A stretch of DNA of 64,000 nt from Gallionellaceae bacterium (lineage in GTDB: Bacteria; Pseudomonadota; Gammaproteobacteria; Burkholderiales; Gallionellaceae): contig JBBIIN010000001.1 in NCBI GenBank assembly GCA_037446515.1, forward strand, positions 45,556 to 109,555. Reading direction: 5' to 3'. Positions within the stretch are counted from its first letter, which is position 1; every line of letters starts with the position of its first letter. Below the pieces are notes generated by a model that saw nothing but the letters and a program-made list of their open reading frames with translations, did no database searches and had not been told where the DNA came from. The position numbers and the translations under genes are program-made. This document shows, one piece after another, positions 1 through 12,289 of this stretch.

Positions 1-1
1 G

Positions 2-268
2 AGTTGGCTGCGCATCAAGCTGGGCGGACATCGCAACTGTGCAGTGCGCTGGGCCAGCCTGTGGCAGCAGGACCTGTCGCAATATGACGTGGTGTTTGCC
101 TATCTATCCCCCGTCCCCATGCCTGCCCTGTGGGAAAAAGCCCGGCGCGAGATGCGCCCGGGCAGCCTGTTCATCAGCAACTCCTTCGCGGTTCCCGACC
201 AATCCCCGCATGAAGTTCTGCCAGTCAAAGACCTGCACGACTCCCGGTTATTCTTGTGGCGTTTTTGA
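2..268 (+). CDS. Class I SAM-dependent methyltransferase, C-terminal part (truncated by window start)
   Basis: Frame is open from position 2. YDVVFAYLSP...MRPGSLFISNSF resembles motifs of small class I methyltransferases. Confidence 0.6.
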   Translation, partial: SWLRIKLGGHRNCAVRWASLWQQDLSQYDVVFAYLSPVPMPALWEKARREMRPGSLFISNSFAVPDQSPHEVLPVKDLHDSRLFLWRF

Positions 269-402
269 CCTCGACAAAGTACAACCCCCTTCCCATGTCG
301 GATTTTTTTCGATAGGATGCCAACCCGATCCTGTACCACCTCACTGCGGCTAACGCCGCAACTATCTACCCGCCCCCCTATTCAACCCTAGCGAGAACCA
401 AT

Positions 403-729
403 ATGAGCGAACATATCCGTTATGTCACCGACGACACTTTCACTGCCGAAGTGCTGCAATCCCCAACCCCCGTCCTGGTGGATTACTGGGCAGAATGGTG
501 CGGCCCCTGCCGCATGATTGCCCCCATCCTCGACGAAGTAGCAAAGGAATATGCAGGCCGCCTCAACGTCGCCAAGCTGAACGTGGACGAGAACCAGCAG
601 ACCCCGCAGAAATATGGCGTGCGCGGCATCCCCACGCTAATGCTGTTCAAGAACGGCAACATTGAAGCCACCAAAGTCGGCGCGTTATCGAAATCCCAGT
701 TGACCGCTTTCATTGACAGCCACATCTGA
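403..729 (+). CDS. trxA: Thioredoxin 1
   Basis: WCGPC active site, 108 aa, directly upstream of rho as in the usual trxA-rho arrangement. Confidence 0.97.
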   Translation: MSEHIRYVTDDTFTAEVLQSPTPVLVDYWAEWCGPCRMIAPILDEVAKEYAGRLNVAKLNVDENQQTPQKYGVRGIPTLMLFKNGNIEATKVGALSKSQLTAFIDSHI

Positions 730-893
730 ACCCTTTAGTCTCGTGCCCGCAACTGTCCTGATTCCGTCCCGCAACACCTAAAACAAAATAGCAGTCCAGC
801 GCTCAGGACAGATCGGTGCGGGTTTCCACCCGCAAGACCCGTAACACACCCCTTTCCAACCAATATCCCCGCGTTCACACGCCCTTCCCGCAT

Positions 894-2150
894 ATGCACC
901 TATCCGACCTCAAAACCAAGCACATCACCGAACTGGTGGAGATCGCCACCGCCAACCAGATCGACAACGCCAACCGTTTGCGCAAGCAGGACCTGATCTT
1001 CGCTCTGCTGAAGAACCAGGCCAAGAAGGGCGAGAGCATCTACGGCGACGGCACGCTGGAAGTGCTGCCGGATGGCTTCGGTTTCCTGCGCTCGCCGGAT
1101 ACCTCTTACCTCGCCGGGCCAGATGACATCTACGTCAGCCCCAGCCAGGTACGCCGCTTCAACCTGCACACCGGCGATTCTATCGAAGGCGAGATCCGCA
1201 CCCCGAAAGAAGGCGAACGTTACGTGGCACTGGTCAAGGTGGACAAGGTCAACGGCGAACCGCCGGAGAACGCCAAGAACAAGATCCTGTTCGAGAACCT
1301 GACGCCGCTGTTCCCCACGCAGCAGATCTGCCTGGAGCGCGACATCCGCTCGGACGAGAACCTCACCGGCCGCATCATCGACATCGTCGCCCCCATCGGC
1401 AAGGGCCAGCGCGGCCTGCTGGTGGCCTCGCCCAAGTCCGGCAAGACCGTGATGCTGCAACACATCGCCCACTCCATCGCTTCCAATAATCCGGAAGCCG
1501 TGCTGATCGTGCTGCTGATCGACGAGCGCCCCGAGGAAGTGACCGAGATGAGCCGCACCGTACGCGGCGAAGTGGTCGCCTCCACCTTCGACGAACCGGC
1601 CACGCGCCACGTGCAGGTCGCCGAGATGGTGCTGGAAAAAGCCAAGCGCCTGGTCGAACACAAGAAGGACGTGGTCATCCTGCTCGACTCCATCACCCGT
1701 CTGGCGCGCGCCTACAACACCGTCATCCCCTCCTCCGGCAAGGTACTGACCGGTGGCGTGGACGCCAACGCGTTGCAGCGTCCCAAGCGCTTCTTCGGCG
1801 CGGCGCGCAACGTGGAAGAAGGCGGCTCGCTGACCATCATCGCCACCGCGCTAGTGGATACCGGCAGCCGCATGGACGACGTGATCTACGAAGAATTCAA
1901 GGGTACCGGCAACATGGAGATCCACCTCGACCGCCGCATGGCCGAAAAGCGCATCTATCCTGCTATCAACGTCAACCGCTCCGGCACGCGCAAGGAAGAA
2001 CTGCTGATCAAGCCCGACCTGCTGCAGCGCATCTGGGTGCTGCGCAAGCTGCTCTACCCCATGGACGAGCTGGAAGCCATGGAATTCCTGCTGGACAAGG
2101 TCAAAGCAACCAAGAACAACGCCGAGTTCTTCGACTCCATGAAACGGTAA
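894..2150 (+). CDS. rho: Transcription termination factor Rho
   Basis: MHLSDLK start at ATG 894, [11 protein letters not shown]-binding motif, Walker-A-like [17 protein letters not shown]. Confidence 0.98.
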   Translation: MHLSDLKTKHITELVEIATANQIDNANRLRKQDLIFALLKNQAKKGESIYGDGTLEVLPDGFGFLRSPDTSYLAGPDDIYVSPSQVRRFNLHTGDSIEGEIRTPKEGERYVALVKVDKVNGEPPENAKNKILFENLTPLFPTQQICLERDIRSDENLTGRIIDIVAPIGKGQRGLLVASPKSGKTVMLQHIAHSIASNNPEAVLIVLLIDERPEEVTEMSRTVRGEVVASTFDEPATRHVQVAEMVLEKAKRLVEHKKDVVILLDSITRLARAYNTVIPSSGKVLTGGVDANALQRPKRFFGAARNVEEGGSLTIIATALVDTGSRMDDVIYEEFKGTGNMEIHLDRRMAEKRIYPAINVNRSGTRKEELLIKPDLLQRIWVLRKLLYPMDELEAMEFLLDKVKATKNNAEFFDSMKR

Positions 2151-2159
2151 AAAAGGGTT

Positions 2160-2187
2160 TTGACGCAAAAGGCGATTTGGGTATAAT
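2160..2187 (+). promoter_or_regulatory. sigma70 promoter of rplU-rpmA
   Basis: TTGACG-N16-TATAAT followed by GC-rich GCGCGCC. Confidence 0.8.
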
Positions 2188-2225
2188 GCGCGCCTTTCGA
2201 AGAAACCGCATTAAGCGAGGTAGTC

Positions 2226-2537
2226 ATGTACGCAGTAATCAAGACCGGCGGCAAGCAATACCGTGTTGCCCAAGGCGAAACTCTCAAGATTGAATCCGTT
2301 GCCGGTGATGTCGGCAGCGCCATCGTTCTGGACAAGGTGCTGGCCGTGGGCAACGGCGACTCGCTCAAGGTCGGCAAGCCGCTGTTGAGCGGCGCCAGCG
2401 TGAAAGCGACCATCGTTTCCAATGGCCGCCACGACAAGGTCACCATCTTCAAGATGAAGCGCCGCAAGCATTACCAGAAGCATCAGGGGCATCGTCAAAA
2501 CTACACCGAAATCCGCATCGACGGCATCTCGGCCTAA
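2226..2537 (+). CDS. rplU: 50S ribosomal protein L21
   Basis: [14 protein letters not shown]...GHRQNYT, 103 aa. Confidence 0.98.
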   Translation: MYAVIKTGGKQYRVAQGETLKIESVAGDVGSAIVLDKVLAVGNGDSLKVGKPLLSGASVKATIVSNGRHDKVTIFKMKRRKHYQKHQGHRQNYTEIRIDGISA

Positions 2538-2554
2538 GCACAAGGAGCTAGAAC

Positions 2555-2812
2555 ATGGCATCGAAAAAAGGTGGCGGTAGTACCAGTAACGGCCGCGACT
2601 CGCACTCGAAACGACTGGGTGTGAAGAGCTACGGCGGCGAACTGATCAACGCGGGCAGCATCATCGTGCGCCAGCGCGGCACACAGATCCACGCAGGCGA
2701 CAACGTCGGCATGGGCAAGGATCACACCCTGTTCGCCAAGATCACCGGCAAGGTGGTGTTCGCGATCAAGGGCGCAGCCAAGCGCAAGACCGTCAGCATC
2801 GTCGCGGCTTAA
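2555..2812 (+). CDS. rpmA: 50S ribosomal protein L27
   Basis: [21 protein letters not shown], 85 aa. Confidence 0.98.
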   Translation: MASKKGGGSTSNGRDSHSKRLGVKSYGGELINAGSIIVRQRGTQIHAGDNVGMGKDHTLFAKITGKVVFAIKGAAKRKTVSIVAA

Positions 2813-2833
2813 GCGCTGCAAGCAATCCGCAGG

Positions 2834-5073
<2,240 letters not shown>

Positions 5074-5113
5074 CCAGCCAAGCCTATGCGCAGCACCGCA
5101 ACTTGCTGGCTAC

Positions 5114-8100
5114 TCAATAGAACCGGAACGAATACACCAGATCGAGCGCATCTTCCAAGCCTGTGCGCGTCACCAGCGTGATGCGCGGCGTCAGCGTATA
5201 AGTGAGCTTGGTCACCCCCGACACATCGGAGAGTCCCTGTTCGTAGCTGAGGTAGGCGCGCCGGGAGAGGCGCTTGCCCACCGTCAGTTTCTGGTTCGCC
5301 AGCGGATCGCCCGTTCCCGCCTGCTGTTGCAATGACAGCTCATCCACTCCCAGCGCCCTGCCAAGCTGGCCCGCCGAGCTGCCGCCCATGATGTTGCCCG
5401 CTGCTGCGAGCAGCAGCGAAGAATCGATACCGTTGCTGTCGGGCACGCGCCCCAGCACGATCCACGAGAGTTTTTCCGCATCCGGCACGTTCGGCGTGGA
5501 CACCAGATGCACCTGGGGATTGCGCGCCGTACCGCCGATCTCCACGCCGGCCTCCACGCTCAACCCCTTGCGCAGAGCCAGGATGTTGAGACCGGGATCG
5601 TCCAGCGGACCGTTGAAGTTGACCAGGCCGCGCTCCACCTGCAATCTCTGCCCGTAAGCATCGAACACCGCATCCTGCGCCGCAATGATGCCCACCACGC
5701 GGATCTTCTCGCCGGGATCACCATGCATCTCCAGCTTGCCCGCCAGGCGCGCCTCCAGCCCGGAAGCACGCAGGAAGAAATGCTCGCCGAGGTCGAAGGT
5801 GGCGTTCACCGCGTTCTCCGTCCCGCCGCGCACCGCCTTTTCCTGACCGACGATCTGCACATCGTGGGACCAGCGCGGGCGATCGCTCACCGGCTGGTTG
5901 ATCAGCCCGGCATCCGCATGAATGTCGCCGCCCAGTTGCAAGGCATGCTGCGCATAGCGCGCATGTCCGGCACCGGAAACGACCACCCAACGGTCTGCGC
6001 GCTGCGCCAGCGGCACCTTGTCCGCCACGATGCGCAGATCGCCATCGCCGCCCTCCAGATCGATGCGTCCGCTCGCGCTCAGACTCCCCGCATTGCCCGG
6101 CAAGCGGAAATCGCCGAGCAGTCTGTCCTCCGGTGCCGCCTGGTAGGGAGCAACGAACGACAGGGTGTCCACATACAAAGAGCGCTCGTCCAGGCGCAGC
6201 GACAAGCTGCCTTGTTCCAGCCTGACGCCCTGATCCAGCAATGCCAGCATCAACCCCTTGCCTTGCACTGCACCGCGCAAACGCGGGGTCAGGAAAGTGC
6301 CCGTCACATCGGCATCCACACCAAGCTGCCCGGCGCTTTGCAGATTGCCATCCAGCATCGGCCCCAGCCAGGAAATGTCCGGCGCCTCCAGATGCACATG
6401 CCCTGCCAGGGGCGCTTCTGGCGCAATGCGCCATGCCTCGCCCGCCTGCGTCAAGGGCACGGCGACTTTTGCCGCCAATTCACCCAACCGCTCGCCACTG
6501 GCATCAAGCGCCGTCTCCAGTAAATCATGCTCGCAACGCGCAGACAGGCGCAAGCGGTGCAGGCCGAGACCAGTGCCCGCCTGTGCATCGGCCAGCCAGT
6601 CGCCGCTCTCGCGCCACATCTGCAAATCCCCACGCCAGTGCGCGTCCCTGTCCACTGCCCAGCGCCCGCCGAAGCGCATGGAGGCGAGCGCCTCGGTCGC
6701 AACTCCCGCATGCGCCAGATTCATGGCGCGCACACCGATGCCGTCAAAGCTGCCGCTACTGCGCCAGCGTTGCGGCGTCCATTGCGTCTCGGCCAGATGC
6801 ACCTGGCCACCACCTATGAGCAGATGCGCGCCACCGAGTGTGGCCGCATGCGCAGACAATCCCAGCGGTGCCGCTGCAAGCAGGCGGAATGCGATGGCGC
6901 CCGCCCCGTCGAAGCGACCAATCTCGCCGCGCCATTGCAACTCCTTCCAGTTGCCGGAAGGAACGCTGAAACCGCCCTGCGCCGACAGGTTCACCTGCTC
7001 CACGGCCTCGTTGCCCTGCGCGATCTGCGCAGCCATATCCAATTTATGCTGCGCGCGCGCGCCATGCAATTCCAGCTGGGCGCGCTGTACCGCCATGCCG
7101 CCCGGCCTGTGATACCCGCTCAGGTCGCCGCGCAGTTCCAGCGCCTGTTCGCCCAGGACGCCCGCCGCGTTGAACAGTTCCACGCTGTGCCCGGAGAACT
7201 GGAGCTCTTTGCCGGAGACGGAGAAGCGCCAGGCCGGGGCATCCTGCGCACCGGTCAGCACAGCTTCACCGGCAAGCTGGCCACCCATGCCGCTGCCCAG
7301 TTGTTCCAGCCTCGGCGCATCCAGCACGAATCTCAGGTGATCTGCCGCCGTGCCTTGCGCCACATCGAGGCTCAAGTGGTTGTCGCCCAACAGCGCCTGC
7401 ATCGTGCCGGCAAGGCGATGCGTCCCGGCAAACTCCAGATTGCCATTGCCGCCGATGGCGTAGCCTCCAAAGCGGCTGTCGGACAGGTCGAAGCGCAGCG
7501 CGCCCTGGGGTTCCGGCAGCAACGCGCCGGAAATCTCCAGCACGGCATTCAGGTCGGTGGGCGGTGTGGCGACATATTCGGCCAGGTTCAGTTTGCGCAG
7601 ACGGCTGGCCAGGCGGAAAGTGCGGCGCCTGTCGAACGCCAGATGGCCCTGCCCTTCCAGCACGGTGTCGCCATGCGTCAGACGCAGGCCGGACAATTCC
7701 AGTTGCGCGCCCTGCCGCAACAGTTCGGCATGCAGTGCATAGCGCGCATCGGCAAGCTCCAGCACGGCGCGTTGCTGCTTGCCGCCGCCCTGCAAGGCGA
7801 TGCTGCCCTGCAAACTCATCTGCGGCAGCCTGCCGTCCAGCGCCGCCGGGTCCAGCCCTTGCACCGTCAGTTGTGCCGTTCCCGCATCCTTTTCCGGTTG
7901 CCATTCCAGTTCGCCGCTGGCATCCCCGCCATGCTCCAGCGTGAGGTGCAGCTGAGTGACCTGCCAGCGCGCAGGAAAGAGATGCAGGTGCGCAACTGCC
8001 GAGAGCAGCGGCAAACCGTTCTGGTCGAGCGATGTCGCCGCGCTGTTGCTGAGATGCAGCGTGCCCTCCAGCAGCCCATCCTTGCCGCCGCGCAGTTCGA

Positions 8101-8953
8101 CCCGTCCAGATAACCTGGCCGCAGGGGCAGCGGCGTCGAACAGACGCGGGTCGGCAGCGTTGAAGTCCACACTCGCCCGCGTCACTGGATTGTTTGCATA
8201 CGGCGTCAATGTCGCCGCCGCAGCGATCTTCATCTGCTCCGCCCCACCCGCCAGCTGCAACTCAAACTGTTGCAGGTCGCCCCCGGCATTCGCCGACCAG
8301 TGCAGCGGGCCAGCGCGTCCCGGCAGCGTCAGGTCGCCCTTGCCCTGCGCTTGCAACACGAAGGGCCGTTGCGCCGCCAGCTGCATGCGGGCAGAGACCA
8401 CCCCCTCTGCCAAGTGCAGGCGCTCGATGGCCAGCTCATGCCGCTGTGCATCGCCGCGGTAATGCGCCTGGATGCCGCCGGCCTGCCAAGCGGGCGAGGT
8501 AGTGTGCTTCCCGTTAAATACATGCAGTTGCAGGACATCGATCTGCGCCACTTCCACTGCCAGCGGCAGACGCAAATTATCCGGCAACTGCGCGGGCTGG
8601 GAGGTGGACCACGACCATACCTCGGCTTGCTGTACAGTGAGATGCAATATGTCCAGCCGCCCGCGCCACAATGCCGAGGAGCGCCACTGCACCTGCACGC
8701 CATGCAGCACCATGCGCCAGCCATCGCCGCGCAAATCCAGCCGCTCCATATCCACGGCTTGCAGCAGCGCCCCCTGCACGCCCTGCACTGCCATGCTGCC
8801 GCCGCTCTGGCGTTCGGCAATGCCGATCAGCCAGCGCAAGCCCGAGGTGGTCGCCAGCAGCCACAGGCTGGTGCCGGCCAGCAGCGTGGCCGGCACCAGC
8901 ACGCCGAGCAGCCACTTGTTGCGCCGCGTCAGGTAAAAACCCGTCTGTTCCAT
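5114..8953 (-). CDS. tamB: Translocation and assembly module subunit TamB
   Basis: N-terminal TM anchor, long beta-taco-like body, DUF490-like C-terminus (GKRLSRRAYLSYEQG...YSFRFY); TGATG coupling to tamA. Confidence 0.88.
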   Translation of the reverse strand: MEQTGFYLTRRNKWLLGVLVPATLLAGTSLWLLATTSGLRWLIGIAERQSGGSMAVQGVQGALLQAVDMERLDLRGDGWRMVLHGVQVQWRSSALWRGRLDILHLTVQQAEVWSWSTSQPAQLPDNLRLPLAVEVAQIDVLQLHVFNGKHTTSPAWQAGGIQAHYRGDAQRHELAIERLHLAEGVVSARMQLAAQRPFVLQAQGKGDLTLPGRAGPLHWSANAGGDLQQFELQLAGGAEQMKIAAAATLTPYANNPVTRASVDFNAADPRLFDAAAPAARLSGRVELRGGKDGLLEGTLHLSNSAATSLDQNGLPLLSAVAHLHLFPARWQVTQLHLTLEHGGDASGELEWQPEKDAGTAQLTVQGLDPAALDGRLPQMSLQGSIALQGGGKQQRAVLELADARYALHAELLRQGAQLELSGLRLTHGDTVLEGQGHLAFDRRRTFRLASRLRKLNLAEYVATPPTDLNAVLEISGALLPEPQGALRFDLSDSRFGGYAIGGNGNLEFAGTHRLAGTMQALLGDNHLSLDVAQGTAADHLRFVLDAPRLEQLGSGMGGQLAGEAVLTGAQDAPAWRFSVSGKELQFSGHSVELFNAAGVLGEQALELRGDLSGYHRPGGMAVQRAQLELHGARAQHKLDMAAQIAQGNEAVEQVNLSAQGGFSVPSGNWKELQWRGEIGRFDGAGAIAFRLLAAAPLGLSAHAATLGGAHLLIGGGQVHLAETQWTPQRWRSSGSFDGIGVRAMNLAHAGVATEALASMRFGGRWAVDRDAHWRGDLQMWRESGDWLADAQAGTGLGLHRLRLSARCEHDLLETALDASGERLGELAAKVAVPLTQAGEAWRIAPEAPLAGHVHLEAPDISWLGPMLDGNLQSAGQLGVDADVTGTFLTPRLRGAVQGKGLMLALLDQGVRLEQGSLSLRLDERSLYVDTLSFVAPYQAAPEDRLLGDFRLPGNAGSLSASGRIDLEGGDGDLRIVADKVPLAQRADRWVVVSGAGHARYAQHALQLGGDIHADAGLINQPVSDRPRWSHDVQIVGQEKAVRGGTENAVNATFDLGEHFFLRASGLEARLAGKLEMHGDPGEKIRVVGIIAAQDAVFDAYGQRLQVERGLVNFNGPLDDPGLNILALRKGLSVEAGVEIGGTARNPQVHLVSTPNVPDAEKLSWIVLGRVPDSNGIDSSLLLAAAGNIMGGSSAGQLGRALGVDELSLQQQAGTGDPLANQKLTVGKRLSRRAYLSYEQGLSDVSGVTKLTYTLTPRITLVTRTGLEDALDLVYSFRFY

Positions 8954-10761
8954 CAGAACGCCACCTCGATGGCAAAGTGCGCGCGTGGCGACGGTTCGCC
9001 CTTGCCGCGCGCCACATCCAGCGCCAACGGCCCCACCGGACTGCGCCAGCGCAACCCCGCACCGTATCCCAGTTTGAGCATCAGCGCCGGTGCCGTATCC
9101 GCCGCATCGCCCGCATCGGTGAACAGCGCCATCCCAAGATTGCCGAACCAATGGGTGTATTCGATGCTCGTGGTGGCCATCACCCGTCCGCCCACCACGG
9201 CACCGCCTTCATGGTAACCCAGACTCTGGTAGGCAAAACCGCGCACAGTCTGCGTGCCCCCCGTGCGGAACAGATATTCCTGCGGGATACCGAGACGCGT
9301 CGTGGAAGCCGTGTAGCCGCCTTCGACACGCACCGCCAGTACATCTTCTTCCCCCAGCGGCAACCACACCTGATGCCGCAGGTAACTGCGCACAAAATCC
9401 TGGTCCGACGCCAGAGATTTGCTGGCTCCGCTGATGCGCACCTCGGTCAGCTCGCCCGACATCGGCGCCAGCGGATTGTCCACACGCGACCGGCGCCAGC
9501 GCCAATCCAGCACCAGCGCTTGGTTGGTCTGCTGTATCCCTGCCAGCGGCAGGCGGCGCTCCTGCTGCCAGCTCAGGCCAAGTCCGCTCTCGATGCCGAA
9601 CTGGTTGCGGCTGCGCATTACGCCGAATTTGTCGAGCCGGGTCTGCAAACCCTGTATCTGCGTCTTCTCCCCGCTGCCCTTCCAGGCCAGCCGGTAGCCC
9701 AGCGGATTGGGCGGTGTATCCAGACCGGCCGACACCGCCTGCCTGTTCTGCTCAACCACCAGCGCGCTGTTCAGCGTCCAGGCCTGGTCGAGGAAGTTAT
9801 AGCTCTGGTAATTGAGTTCCTTGCGTACGCCGTTGTTGGTGCTGTAGCCCAAGCCCACGGAAATCTTGCGCGACGGCGCTTCCGTCACCTTGACCCGGAT
9901 GGGCGCCGCGACTGCCTCTGGCACATCGGCCACAGACTGAGCACTGTCCGTGTCCAGGCTGACCACCACCGAGCTGAATTGCGGCAGGCTCTGCAACCGC
10001 GACTGGAAGCCCAGCAGCAGATCGCGCCGGTAAGGCTGCCCGCGCGCGAACCCGGCATGGCGCGCCACCAGATATTCTTCATAGCGCTCCAGCCCGTTCA
10101 CCTGCAATTCACCGAATACCACACGCGGGCCGGAATCGATGACCAGATGCAGCGCCGCGCTGGCCTTGGCGACATCCACGCTGGCGGCGCTTTCCACCAT
10201 GCGGGCCGCCGCATAATCCGCGCTGGACACCTGGCTCAACAGCACCGCCTTGGCATCGTCCCAGGCGGCGGCGCGGAAAGGCTTGCCGGAAGCAAGCGGC
10301 CAGGCGGCGCGCAACTGCCGCGCGCGCGCGCTGCGGGTGGGATCCGGCGATGCCAGATCGCCGCGGAACTCGATGTCCACCGTGCCAACCAGGGTGCGGG
10401 AACCCGGCAACACCTCCAGTTCCAGCACGCCCGCGCCGGTCACTTTGCGCAGCGCCACCTTGCCCGAAAAATATCCCTCGGTCGCCAGCAACTCGGGTAT
10501 CTCGCGCTGCGCACGGCGCATGAATAGGGCACGCTCCGCTTCGCTGCGCAACAGTTTGTCCGGCAGCGCGAAATGCTCGCGCAACACATCCCGCACCTCC
10601 TGCGGCGCGATCAACTCCACCGGCGGGATGCTGCCTCCCAGCGCCCAGGCGGAAAGCGTCCATCCGGCAAGCAGCAGGAACAGCAGCGTCCTGCGCCATT
10701 TCCCGCTCCACCTGCGGCAAGTCTGCGATGAGATTACCTCTGCCGTCACATCATTTACCAT
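8953..10761 (-). CDS. tamA: Omp85-family outer-membrane protein TamA
   Basis: POTRA-like N-terminus, GGTQTVRGF loop-6 motif, G.GLRWRSPVGP, C-terminal Phe. Start codon uncertain. Confidence 0.88.
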   Translation of the reverse strand: MVNDVTAEVISSQTCRRWSGKWRRTLLFLLLAGWTLSAWALGGSIPPVELIAPQEVRDVLREHFALPDKLLRSEAERALFMRRAQREIPELLATEGYFSGKVALRKVTGAGVLELEVLPGSRTLVGTVDIEFRGDLASPDPTRSARARQLRAAWPLASGKPFRAAAWDDAKAVLLSQVSSADYAAARMVESAASVDVAKASAALHLVIDSGPRVVFGELQVNGLERYEEYLVARHAGFARGQPYRRDLLLGFQSRLQSLPQFSSVVVSLDTDSAQSVADVPEAVAAPIRVKVTEAPSRKISVGLGYSTNNGVRKELNYQSYNFLDQAWTLNSALVVEQNRQAVSAGLDTPPNPLGYRLAWKGSGEKTQIQGLQTRLDKFGVMRSRNQFGIESGLGLSWQQERRLPLAGIQQTNQALVLDWRWRRSRVDNPLAPMSGELTEVRISGASKSLASDQDFVRSYLRHQVWLPLGEEDVLAVRVEGGYTASTTRLGIPQEYLFRTGGTQTVRGFAYQSLGYHEGGAVVGGRVMATTSIEYTHWFGNLGMALFTDAGDAADTAPALMLKLGYGAGLRWRSPVGPLALDVARGKGEPSPRAHFAIEVAF

Positions 10762-10871
10762 TGTTTTTGCAGCTTGGATTGTAGGAGGAAACGCCCAGTG
10801 CGGCGCGAACTTTCACGCCCCCTGCCGCCGTGCTAGCATTGCGCCGCTTCCTTAATCCAGCCCGCTTGCTT

Positions 10872-12161
10872 ATGCCCATTCAACCCCTCTCCCCCATCGG
10901 CCTCGCCGTGCTTGCCATTTTTTGCACCGGGATGCTGCTCATCGTCCTCGAAGCGAAGCTGCATATCGACAAGTTCAAATCCGCTTTGTTCATGCTGAGC
11001 GCATTTTTGCTGATCGGCCTCCACTACTGGACGAGCGGGGACGCCCCCGGGCGTTTCGAACCCTTCATCGAAATGCAAAAAGAGAACAAGGTCGAGCTGT
11101 TCTCGCTGATCGCCTTCATGGCCTTCATGTGGATGATCGTCGAGATCCTCGCGGAGCGCGGCGTGTTCAGCGCACTCAACAGCTGCCTGGTCAGCCGCGG
11201 GCTGGGCGCGGTACAGATGTTCTGGGCCACCGGCGCACTGGCCGCATTGCTGTCGCCCTTCATCAACAATATCACTGCCGCGATGATCTTCGGCAAGTCC
11301 ATCCAGGGCATCTCGCGCGATCAGCGCTACACCCATGCGGCGTTATGCAACATCATCATCGCCTCCAATTCCGGCGTGTGGTTCCTCGGCACCGCCACCA
11401 GCCTGATGGTGGTGCTGGCCGGCAAGATCAGCATCCTCGGCCTGCTCGCCCTGCTGCCCGCATCCCTGCTCGGTTGGGCGGCCAGCGCGGCAGTGCTGCA
11501 CAAGTTCTACCTGAACCGGCTGGAAGGCGATCTGATCGCGCGCAGCAGTGATGATGATGCCGCGCTTAAACAGGGGGGCTGGGGCATGGTGTTCTTCGGC
11601 GTGCTGGCGGTGGCTGCCGCCGTGCTGGTGAACATCGTGCTGCACATCGACATCGAATATGCCCTGGGCATGGGGCTGGGCATCATCGGGATCTATGCAT
11701 GGCGGCTGAAGCGGCAGGGCATAGACGTGAAAATGCTGGTGCAACTGCAAAAGGTGGAATGGAACACGCTACTGTTTTTCATCGGCATCATCAGCGGTGT
11801 GGCCGCGCTCAACCACACCGGCTGGCTGACCTATATCTCGCACCTGTTCGAGGTGTTGTCGCCCACTGCGGTGAACGTGCTGCTGGGCGTGCTGTCCGGC
11901 GTGCTGGACAATGTTCCGGTGGAAGCCGCAGCGCTGATGTCCGCCCCGAACCTAGGCGATTCGCAATGGGCGCTCAACGCGCTGATGGTCGGCATAGGCG
12001 GCAGCCTGACCGTGATCGGCTCGGCCGCCGGGGTGATGATGATGTCCATAGACAAGAGCTACAGCTTCGCCGCACACCTGCGTTTCCTGCCAGCCATCCT
12101 GGTCAACTTCTTCGTCTCGCTCGGCCTGTGGTATGTGCAATTCGAGATGCCGGGCTGGTGA
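10872..12161 (+). CDS. NhaD/ArsB-family (IT superfamily) cation:H+ antiporter-like transporter
   Basis: Many TM helices; SPFINNITAA, SGVLDNVP and GGSLTVIGSAAGV motifs typical of NhaD. Confidence 0.8.
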   Translation: MPIQPLSPIGLAVLAIFCTGMLLIVLEAKLHIDKFKSALFMLSAFLLIGLHYWTSGDAPGRFEPFIEMQKENKVELFSLIAFMAFMWMIVEILAERGVFSALNSCLVSRGLGAVQMFWATGALAALLSPFINNITAAMIFGKSIQGISRDQRYTHAALCNIIIASNSGVWFLGTATSLMVVLAGKISILGLLALLPASLLGWAASAAVLHKFYLNRLEGDLIARSSDDDAALKQGGWGMVFFGVLAVAAAVLVNIVLHIDIEYALGMGLGIIGIYAWRLKRQGIDVKMLVQLQKVEWNTLLFFIGIISGVAALNHTGWLTYISHLFEVLSPTAVNVLLGVLSGVLDNVPVEAAALMSAPNLGDSQWALNALMVGIGGSLTVIGSAAGVMMMSIDKSYSFAAHLRFLPAILVNFFVSLGLWYVQFEMPGW

Positions 12162-12167
12162 CACGCC

Positions 12168-12242
12168 ATGTTCATCGAATTGTTCATCCTGATCGTGCTG
12201 GTCGCCGTGGTGGTCATCGCGCTGCGGCCGCCCAGGCAATGA
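12168..12242 (+). CDS. Putative 24-aa single-TM small protein MFIELFILIVLVAVVVIALRPPRQ
   Basis: ATG 6 nt after the antiporter stop, GC3-rich codons, ~17 hydrophobic residues followed by a basic tail. Below the ORF-track size cutoff. Confidence 0.55.
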   Translation: MFIELFILIVLVAVVVIALRPPRQ

Positions 12243-12263
12243 AAAAGGGGGCTTGCGGCCCCC
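12242..12263 (-). terminator. Intrinsic terminator between convergent nhaD/sORF and pbpG
   Basis: GGGGGC/GCCCCC stem, with a T5 tract on the minus strand. Confidence 0.7.
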
Positions 12264-12289
12264 CCTTGCACACGCTGCTGTCAGCAGCC

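Noticed and set aside
5507-10527. Long plus-strand ORFs (338, 528 and 618 aa) opposite tamAB
   Set aside because: Antisense shadow frames typical of high-GC DNA, with no recognizable domains.
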